In this document: positions 55,320 to 62,474 of the stretch, piece by piece
Layout: each line of letters opens with the position of its first letter
Numbering within the stretch: position 1 is the stretch's first letter
Source: Bacilli bacterium
GTDB taxonomy: Bacteria; Bacillota_I; Bacilli_A; RFN20; CAG-826
Length of the DNA: 64,000 nucleotides
NCBI GenBank assembly: GCA_017470115.1
Contig: JAFUEZ010000008.1
Coordinates: 104 to 64,103, forward strand
Direction: 5' to 3'
Notes under the pieces: generated by a model
What the model was told of the DNA's origin: nothing
Database searches by the model: none
Seen by the model: only the letters and a program-made list of their open reading frames with translations
Position numbers and translations under genes: made by a program

Positions 55320-55786
55320 TGAAAACTTTGTATGTATTAACTGGGCTACCTGGAAGTGGAAAAACAACCTGGGCAGCCGAATTTAAAGCTACTCATAAAG
55401 AGCCAACTTTTATCGTTGCAAGTGATGATATAAGAGTAGAACTTGGTGGATATCCTCAGTATTTTAAAGAGGAACAAAAAGTTTGGGAATTATTCTATTC
55501 AAGAATGAATGAGCCATTATTTTATGGTGATGTAAATGTAATTATGGATTCTACTTGTTTAGAAGATAAATTTAGAAAATTAATTATTGAAAAATCAGGT
55601 AAATTTGATCGCAAGGTTCTCGTTTTTTTTAACATTTCTCCTTCGATATGTAAGGCCCGTAATGAAAATAGAGAGCTTGATAGAAGGGTCAAAGATGCAG
55701 TAATGGATACAATGATTGAAAATTTCCATTATCCAAATGATGAAATAATTTCCTTATACGATTCGATTTTGGTCGTATCTTTATAA
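55319..55786 (+). CDS. P-loop kinase (AAA_33/zeta-toxin-like nucleotide or polynucleotide kinase family)
   Basis: Walker A GLPGSGKTT. Small size (155 aa). The start overlaps the galE stop. Confidence 0.55.
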   Translation: MKTLYVLTGLPGSGKTTWAAEFKATHKEPTFIVASDDIRVELGGYPQYFKEEQKVWELFYSRMNEPLFYGDVNVIMDSTCLEDKFRKLIIEKSGKFDRKVLVFFNISPSICKARNENRELDRRVKDAVMDTMIENFHYPNDEIISLYDSILVVSL

Positions 55787-55790
55787 ATAT

Positions 55791-55866
55791 TGCCCTCTAG
55801 ACTAACGGTTAGGTCACATGTCTCTGAAACATGTTATTATTGGTTCGAATCCAATGAGGGCAGCCA
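55791..55866 (+). tRNA. tRNA-Gln (anticodon CUG), CCA encoded
   Basis: Manual fold. Acceptor TGCCCTC/GAGGGCA. D-arm GACT-AACGGTTA-GGTC. Anticodon stem CATGT/ACATG with loop CTCTGAA (anticodon CTG). Variable loop TTATT. T-arm ATTGG-TTCGAAT-CCAAT. Discriminator G plus CCA. Total 76 nt. Confidence 0.8.
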
Positions 55867-55878
55867 ATGCCAATACAT

Positions 55879-55903
55879 TGCCTGATTAATTTCAGGCTTT
55901 TTT
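55879..55903 (+). terminator. Intrinsic terminator after the tRNA
   Basis: GCCTGA-ttaatt-TCAGGC followed by TTTTTTG. Confidence 0.7.
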
Positions 55904-55960
55904 GTTGATTATTATTGAAATGTATCGCAAATGTGATACAATTTAGTCGAGGAAAAATAT

Positions 55961-56278
55961 ATGGCGAAAACTGAAACTGTTCATACAAGAGTTATTGGTG
56001 AAATCAAAGAAAAAGCTGACAAGATTTTTAATCGTTTAGGATTAACAACAAGCCAAGCTATTACTCTTTTTTTGACTGCATCAGTAAACAAAAATGGGTT
56101 ACCTTTTGAATTAACATTGCCGGATGATGAGACTGATTTAACTTTCGCAAAATCAATTGCCACTGTTGACGGTGTACCTCCTTCTCAAGATGCGCAAAGA
56201 ATTATGAGATTATATTCACGTGGTGAAATTGATTATGAAACTGCAGAATTCGCTATAGCGAGATTATATAAACAATGA
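55961..56278 (+). CDS. Antitoxin with DinJ/RelB-like N-terminal domain and C-terminal extension (Fic-associated)
   Basis: RVIGEIKEKADKIFNRLGLTTSQAITLFLTASVNKNGLPFEL matches the RelB/DinJ ribbon-helix-helix region. It overlaps the downstream Fic gene by 4 nt (ATGA). Confidence 0.7.
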   Translation: MAKTETVHTRVIGEIKEKADKIFNRLGLTTSQAITLFLTASVNKNGLPFELTLPDDETDLTFAKSIATVDGVPPSQDAQRIMRLYSRGEIDYETAEFAIARLYKQ

Positions 56279-56997
56279 AGGATCCATATGTTTATGAAGG
56301 CACAAATGTGCTAAAGAATAAATTAAATATAAGAGATGAAGCAACATTAGAAAAAGCCGAGTCTGATTTTGTTGGTCTTGCAGCTAATAGATTAAGACAT
56401 AGTGATTTCGTTATAAAAAATATTCAAGATGGACTAAAAATTCATAAATTTTTATTTTCTAACTTATATGATTGGGCAGGGCTGCCGCGAACTATTGATA
56501 TTTTTAAAGGTGAATCATTATTAGGCGGTCGCTCAATTGATTATGTTTATGCAACCTATATTGATAAAGCTTTAAATGATCTAAACAAAGAATTTCAAGA
56601 AGTAGACTGGGATGCATTAGATTCAAAAGAAAAAATAGAAAAGATATGCTATTTTGTTACAGAATTTTGGCATATCCATCCTTTTAGAGAAGGAAATACA
56701 AGAACTTCAGCAATGCTCTTATATTTTCTAATCAAAAAGGCAAATTTGCATGTTAATATTGATTTTCTATCAAAAAATGGTAAGTATTTCAGAAACGCAC
56801 TAGCGTTAAATTCCTTATATAGTAACTCCAAGCCAGAATATATTTTAGGAATCGTTACAGATTCAGTAACGCTTAAAAATATATCGAGCAAAAAATATGA
56901 AACAATTGAAGGATTTGAGGTTAATAAGTATTCGTACTCAAATCACACAATAGAGAAAATTAAAACAATAGAAAAACCATCTGATTGGCATAAATAG
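56275..56997 (+). CDS. Fic/Doc-family protein with deviant Fic motif HPFREGNTRTSA
   Basis: The canonical Fic motif is HPFx(D/E)GNGRxxR. Here G8 is replaced by T and the second Arg by A. N-terminal YEGTNVLKNKLNI is typical of Fic toxins. Confidence 0.8.
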   Translation: MKDPYVYEGTNVLKNKLNIRDEATLEKAESDFVGLAANRLRHSDFVIKNIQDGLKIHKFLFSNLYDWAGLPRTIDIFKGESLLGGRSIDYVYATYIDKALNDLNKEFQEVDWDALDSKEKIEKICYFVTEFWHIHPFREGNTRTSAMLLYFLIKKANLHVNIDFLSKNGKYFRNALALNSLYSNSKPEYILGIVTDSVTLKNISSKKYETIEGFEVNKYSYSNHTIEKIKTIEKPSDWHK

Positions 56998-57051
56998 GCC
57001 TTTTTGATTGAAAGTTATGTTTCGTATCGCAAACACAAAGACAATCATAAA

Positions 57052-57090
57052 TTACAGTATCGATACAAATCGGTACTGTTTTTTGTTTTT
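57052..57090 (+). terminator. Intrinsic terminator after Fic
   Basis: ACAGTATCGA-tacaaa-TCGGTACTGT forms a 10-bp stem with one G-U pair, followed by TTTTTTGTTTTTT. Confidence 0.75.
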
Positions 57091-57782
57091 TCACATCAAT
57101 TCGCATAAACTTTGACACCAATTGAATGAAAAACTTACAGAAATATACAGATTTGTAAACAAAATATTATGTGAGTAAGAGCTAAGTAGCAAAAAATAAC
57201 GCACACATGTTGTAATGTGTACTTTTCTTTTTAATATCTTTGATATTTTCTTGACAGTTATCGATGTGTCCGATGAAAATATAAGTGTCAAGAGGGATGG
57301 GAGACAATAAAAGACCACCCAATACGTCGGGTCAGAGACCTTAAACCTGTCCAATTCGTGGTTGCGCACCTTAAAACGCTTTTTTTGTACCATGAAAAAC
57401 TATAAAGAATCTTGTTGCTTACTATTGCATAAAGATGCCGAAAAATATATAAAATTGCCCGGTAAAGATTTTATAATTGAATCTAAAGATTTTAAGAATA
57501 GGAAAAGATATATTTTGAGATTTTACAAAGGAAACTTCTTACATTTGACTGTTAACTCCGTTGCAGAAACATACATTGCATTAATAGAGGATTTCTCGTT
57601 TGAAATCCTTTTTTTATTTATAAATAAATGTAAATTAAGAAAAATTGCAGTTTTATAATATTTATTATTTCTTCATTTTAAATATAAAATGATTTTAACT
57701 ACTTTTTAAGTTAAAATTTAAGTAATCTTTAAGAATGCGAAATATATTTTAATCATAAAGGATACTTTTAGGAGGTGTATTT

Positions 57783-59951
57783 ATGAGAAGAAAAGGTTTA
57801 GGAATCGTTTTAGGATCATTAGCTATTTTAGCTATGTCTTCATGCACCCCAACATATAATCCCGATGATCAAATAGAAGGTAGAATCAAAGTAGAAGGTG
57901 TAGGATTAAATAAAAACACTTTAAGTTTAAAAGTCGGAAAAAGCTATTCACTTTATGTTTCGATTTCTCCAAGTGATGCTACAAATCAAAACGTTACATG
58001 GTCAAGCAGTAACAAAGCAGTTGCAACAGTAACAAATGGTGTCATTAAAGCTATTAAAGTAGGAACAGCAACAATTACAGTAACAACTAGTGATGGAAAT
58101 TATAAGGATAGTTGCGTTGTCACAGTTGTTGAAGAAGTTGAAGAAGAAGGCGATGATTATGTACCTCCAACCTCAGCAGATATTTTAAAAATTACTGCTG
58201 GAGGAGAATACACATTAGATAAAAATTATAAACAAGTTTATGTTGATGCTCCTGAAGCGGAAGTTATTATAAATTTAAACGGAAAAACAATTGAAAATAG
58301 CGAAAATTCCCCAATATATGTTAAAGATTGTGATTCTATTGAAATTTCAGCTTCAAAAGGAATGGTAAATACCATTAAAGACACTAGAGCCTTATATTCA
58401 ACAGATGATTCAACTCAAGGAAATGGTGCAATTTATGTTGTTAATGGAGATTTAAAACTTAAAGGCACAGGTGTCTTAAATTTAACAGCTGGTTATTATA
58501 ATGGAATTCATGCAAAAGACGATGTTAAATTACAAAAATTAACTTTAAATTTAACAGCTCCAAATCATGGTATTAGAGGTAATGATAGTATAACAGTCAC
58601 TTCTGGAACAATTAATATCAGTTGTGGAGGTGATGGGTTAACTACAACAAATAGTGATATTTCTTCAAAAGGAAAACAAAGAGGAATCGTTACTCTTAAT
58701 GGTGGAGATATAACCATTAATTCTTGGGGAGATGCTATCTCGGCTACTTATGATACTGTTGTTGAAGAACTAGATAGTACAATTCCTTTAACATTTAATG
58801 CAAATACTAACAAACTCTCATCATATTCAGGAGATTCAATCGATACAAGTACATCAAAATTCTATTTGAAGATGAATTCATCAACATATTCAAACGGAAA
58901 TTATACCTATGCTGCTTACATCAATGAAAATTGGTATAAAGCAACTTATAAAGGAACAATTACTTCTCAAAACCCTGGTGGATGGGGAGGAAGAGGTGGA
59001 ACTTCTACAACATATGCTTATGAAATTGATAAGCCAAGTGGTGCAACAAGTTTCACACTTTATAGATTCCAAGGCAGTAATGTCACTAATTTTTCGACAA
59101 GTTCATATAATGCAGTAAGTGATGCAAAAGCATTTAATGATGCATATGACTCAGTTCAAATTTCTGTTAGTAGCGGGCGAATTAATTTTGGAAGCTGGTC
59201 AAATTATTCTAGTAACGGAAGAGATACATCAGCAAAAGGAATTAAAGCCGACAATGAAATTTTAGTTAAATCAGGTAAATTAAATTTAAAAACTTATGAT
59301 GATGCACTCCATGCAAATAACGATAGTTCTCTTGATAATGGGGCTTCTCCAAAAGGAAATGTCACAATTAGTGGAGGAACAGTAAATGTCATTGAAGCTG
59401 ATGATGATGCACTTCACGCTGATAATGTTTTAAATATTAGCGGAGGAAAAGTCACAGTAACTAAAAGCTATGAAGGAGCAGAAGGCAACGTTATCAATGT
59501 TAGTGGCGGAGAAACAATTATTAATGCTACTGATGATGGTCTTAACGCTGGAAAAGGTAATTCAACTCCTTTAATTAGTGTAACTGGAGGATTACTAGAT
59601 GTTACAGTTCCTTCAAGTGGAGATACCGATGGTATTGATAGTAATGGCAATTTCACTCAAAGTGGCGGAGTTGTAATTGCTAAAGGTCCAGGAAGTGCAA
59701 GTAGAAGCACAATGGGCGCTGCGGCTTTAGATACAGATGGAGCAGTTACCCTCAATAATGGTACTTTAATTGTTTTTGGAGGTATTGAAAAAACTCCTAC
59801 AACTTCATTAACTAAAACAATTTGCTCTTCATCAACTGTTTCAACAGGCACAAAAACTGTTACAGTAGGATCAGAAAGTTATACGACAACACTCACATAT
59901 TCTACAAATGGATGCGTTGTTTATGCTTCTGGAACGGCAACATTGAAATAA
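57783..59951 (+). CDS. Surface lipoprotein with Big_2 Ig-like domain and parallel beta-helix repeats (adhesin-like)
   Basis: Lipobox AMSSCT. Big_2-like segment LSLKVGKSYSLYVSISPSDATNQNVTWSSSNKAVATV...ATITVTTSDG. Downstream repeats of the type ITVTSGTINI, GGDITINSWGDAIS, VNVIEADDDALHA and ISGGKVTV. Confidence 0.6.
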   Translation: MRRKGLGIVLGSLAILAMSSCTPTYNPDDQIEGRIKVEGVGLNKNTLSLKVGKSYSLYVSISPSDATNQNVTWSSSNKAVATVTNGVIKAIKVGTATITVTTSDGNYKDSCVVTVVEEVEEEGDDYVPPTSADILKITAGGEYTLDKNYKQVYVDAPEAEVIINLNGKTIENSENSPIYVKDCDSIEISASKGMVNTIKDTRALYSTDDSTQGNGAIYVVNGDLKLKGTGVLNLTAGYYNGIHAKDDVKLQKLTLNLTAPNHGIRGNDSITVTSGTINISCGGDGLTTTNSDISSKGKQRGIVTLNGGDITINSWGDAISATYDTVVEELDSTIPLTFNANTNKLSSYSGDSIDTSTSKFYLKMNSSTYSNGNYTYAAYINENWYKATYKGTITSQNPGGWGGRGGTSTTYAYEIDKPSGATSFTLYRFQGSNVTNFSTSSYNAVSDAKAFNDAYDSVQISVSSGRINFGSWSNYSSNGRDTSAKGIKADNEILVKSGKLNLKTYDDALHANNDSSLDNGASPKGNVTISGGTVNVIEADDDALHADNVLNISGGKVTVTKSYEGAEGNVINVSGGETIINATDDGLNAGKGNSTPLISVTGGLLDVTVPSSGDTDGIDSNGNFTQSGGVVIAKGPGSASRSTMGAAALDTDGAVTLNNGTLIVFGGIEKTPTTSLTKTICSSSTVSTGTKTVTVGSESYTTTLTYSTNGCVVYASGTATLK

Positions 59952-59970
59952 AGAAATTTAGATATTAAAT

Positions 59971-60027
59971 GGGGGTCTCCCCCTGAGCTGAAAGAGTTAA
60001 AAAATCGCCTAATTTGGCGGTTTTTTT
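59971..60027 (+). terminator. Tandem hairpins / terminator
   Basis: GGGGG-tct-CCCCC, then AAATCGCC-taatt-GGCGGTTT followed by TTTTTTT. Confidence 0.6.
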
Positions 60028-60076
60028 ACTTTTATAAAGAAAAATATTATAATTATTAGTATCAGGAGGCAATACA

Positions 60077-62302
60077 ATGAAGAAGATAAATTTAATAGCT
60101 ATTATTCCTATGATTTTAATGGGCATTGTTAGTTGCGAAGGAACTTATGATGGAACTGGAGAAGATGTCTTAACTCCTGTTGAAGTAAGCAAACTAAAAG
60201 AAAATTTAGCTAATTTACAAAGTGTGACTCTTAATCAGCATCTTAGTGGAGAAACGCTTAGTAAGCAAAGTTTAGGTGAAGGCTTGCCAAGTGTTGATGT
60301 ATTCCAATCAATGGACATTGTTCAAACCGCAGCAACTTCAAATAATGGAGATACAGCATCTCACTATGAAGGAACTTCTAAAGCTGGATATTCTAATTTA
60401 TCTAACCTTGCTAAAGAATTAAATATTTCAAGAGACACACTTATCGAGAGACTTAAAAGCAAAGTTAAATATTTTGATTTAGATCATGATCGTGCTGTTC
60501 TTGAAGAAGATGGTGGAGGCGATTATTCTTATGAATGGTTTTCATCAAAATACAATCAAAAAATTAGTTATACAGAAGGAGATAGGTATCCAACTTTCAG
60601 TCTTGATGAAGCAGGAAGTAATGCCATTAGCGAGATTAAAGATACTGTAAATAGAATTATTGATGAAGGTGTTTTTGATAAAAAGACAAGTACATATACA
60701 ATTCATACTGATGTTATTGGCGACCTTTTTGAACTTGATGTTGAAACAGTAAGTTTATATATTGAGCACAATTATCCAAAAAGATTAACTGCTGAAACTG
60801 ATGATTATAAGGTTTCAATTTCTTTAAGTGATTATAATAAAACAACAGTATCAGTTCCTTCTGATTTAGAACCAGCTCCATGTGAACATAATGGATCTAG
60901 ATTATATAAAGATTATGGCGATACTCATCGAATGTATTGCTCTTCATGTAGACAATTTTTAGCACCACAAGAAAACCATCAATTACTCGATACTCAAAAA
61001 CATCAATATTGTACAAGATGTGGTGAAATTACTCATTTAGCAGAAGCAGAAAAGGAAAAGTATTCTGTAGAAGTTGATGGAGAAAAAGTATCTTATTTTT
61101 CACTCGAAAAGAGTAAAACAAACAACAATTATTATGCTTCAAGTACGAACTTTTATTATCATAACGGATCTAAGAGACTTATCGCCACTTCGGACTTGTT
61201 AGTTGAATATTGGCCAGATGTAGAATTACTCCTTGTCAAAAAGGCTTATGATCCAAATGATAATAGTTTGACTAACGTTCATACTCCTGAAGAAATCAAA
61301 TATGCATGTTATAAAGCTACAAAATATACTTATGAAGCATTTAGTGGTGTAAAAGCAAATGAACATCCTTCATTAATGGATGGCACATTTACAAGAAGTG
61401 AATATCCTGAAATAAAGAGAACCTCTAAACTTGCCTCAACTTGCGAAGCATATCATATCGATGTTTCTCATGGACCAGCTGAAACAACAACAGATGAAAT
61501 TGATCAATGTCACTCTCACTCACATGCAGGATGTGGAATTTGTGGAGAAGAAACATATTCTTACTATGAATCTAATCATACATTTGATGATGGTCTACCA
61601 GTTAAAAAGCAAATCGATGAATGCCATTATGAACTCAATAAAAAATGTACAAAATGTAATAAATTATTTGATACAGATAATAATGGCGTAATTACTGGTC
61701 ATAAAAATGCAACATATAAACTTTTAACTTCTGATCATAGCGGATACATGGCTCTCAAATATGGAATTACTTCGATTAATAGTAGCCATAAATACATTGA
61801 AGTTAACTGTCCAACATGTAAAGAAGAAGCTTTATATGAAATCTCAAGTTCGATTTATAGCGATCATCTTAACGGCAAACCTTCACGTATTTATTATGGA
61901 TACTTTTTAAAAGATGGTAAGGTTTCAAAAATATATAACGGATACATCGAAATTCCTCACAAAACAAATGATGAAGGTATTTGTGAATTCTGTGGGAAAA
62001 ATTATCTTGTTATTGAAGTAAGTGATGGCGTTAAATTCTTGCTTAATTATTCATTAGATAGTTCAAATAACGTTACATATATTAGTTATTCTGATGTTTC
62101 ATTTAAATATGCAACTTTTGATTATCAAAATTTAGAAGATGCAAAACAAAAAAGAACATATTACAAAGATAATGAAAGAACACAAATTATTTGTAGTTTA
62201 ATTGAATCGACATATTATGGTAGATATATTGAACTCTTCAATAGTTCAGGAACTTCAGTTTATAAAGCAGAAATTAATCAACCATTACCAAAAATACGTT
62301 AA
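60077..62302 (+). CDS. Large lipoprotein with multiple CxxC / His-rich metal-binding-like motifs (741 aa), unknown function
   Basis: Lipobox IVSCEG. Six or more CxxC pairs (YCSSCRQF, YCTRCGEI, GCGICGEE, KCTKCNK, NCPTCKEE, ICEFCGKN) plus CHSHSH. RBS AGGAGG. Confidence 0.55.
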   Translation: MKKINLIAIIPMILMGIVSCEGTYDGTGEDVLTPVEVSKLKENLANLQSVTLNQHLSGETLSKQSLGEGLPSVDVFQSMDIVQTAATSNNGDTASHYEGTSKAGYSNLSNLAKELNISRDTLIERLKSKVKYFDLDHDRAVLEEDGGGDYSYEWFSSKYNQKISYTEGDRYPTFSLDEAGSNAISEIKDTVNRIIDEGVFDKKTSTYTIHTDVIGDLFELDVETVSLYIEHNYPKRLTAETDDYKVSISLSDYNKTTVSVPSDLEPAPCEHNGSRLYKDYGDTHRMYCSSCRQFLAPQENHQLLDTQKHQYCTRCGEITHLAEAEKEKYSVEVDGEKVSYFSLEKSKTNNNYYASSTNFYYHNGSKRLIATSDLLVEYWPDVELLLVKKAYDPNDNSLTNVHTPEEIKYACYKATKYTYEAFSGVKANEHPSLMDGTFTRSEYPEIKRTSKLASTCEAYHIDVSHGPAETTTDEIDQCHSHSHAGCGICGEETYSYYESNHTFDDGLPVKKQIDECHYELNKKCTKCNKLFDTDNNGVITGHKNATYKLLTSDHSGYMALKYGITSINSSHKYIEVNCPTCKEEALYEISSSIYSDHLNGKPSRIYYGYFLKDGKVSKIYNGYIEIPHKTNDEGICEFCGKNYLVIEVSDGVKFLLNYSLDSSNNVTYISYSDVSFKYATFDYQNLEDAKQKRTYYKDNERTQIICSLIESTYYGRYIELFNSSGTSVYKAEINQPLPKIR

Positions 62303-62332
62303 TTTGGCTTTTTAAACTCAAAGTGCGACCCT

Positions 62333-62370
62333 AAAATGGATAGCAAAAACGCTATCCATTTTCTCATTTT
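62333..62370 (+). terminator. Intrinsic terminator
   Basis: AATGGATAGC-aaaaac-GCTATCCATT followed by a T-rich tract. Confidence 0.7.
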
Positions 62371-62474
62371 TTATATATTTTTCTATTTTATAGAAAAGGT
62401 TGATTTTTTTTCTTAAAAGTCAAGTTTCAAAGTTGTATAATGTTTTTGCTTATTTAATTGAAGGAGATTTTTTT

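Noticed and set aside
57091-57658. ORFs 57091-57393 (-) and 57362-57658 (+) in the long spacer after Fic
   Set aside because: They require TTG or non-SD starts, have low-complexity hydrophobic/Lys-rich sequence, and overlap the structured GC-richer element. The region is more plausibly non-coding.
55867-62474. Genomic island integrated at tRNA-Gln
   Set aside because: No integrase or recombinase gene and no direct repeat of the tRNA 3' end were found downstream within the window. I kept it only as a weak hypothesis under the tRNA finding.
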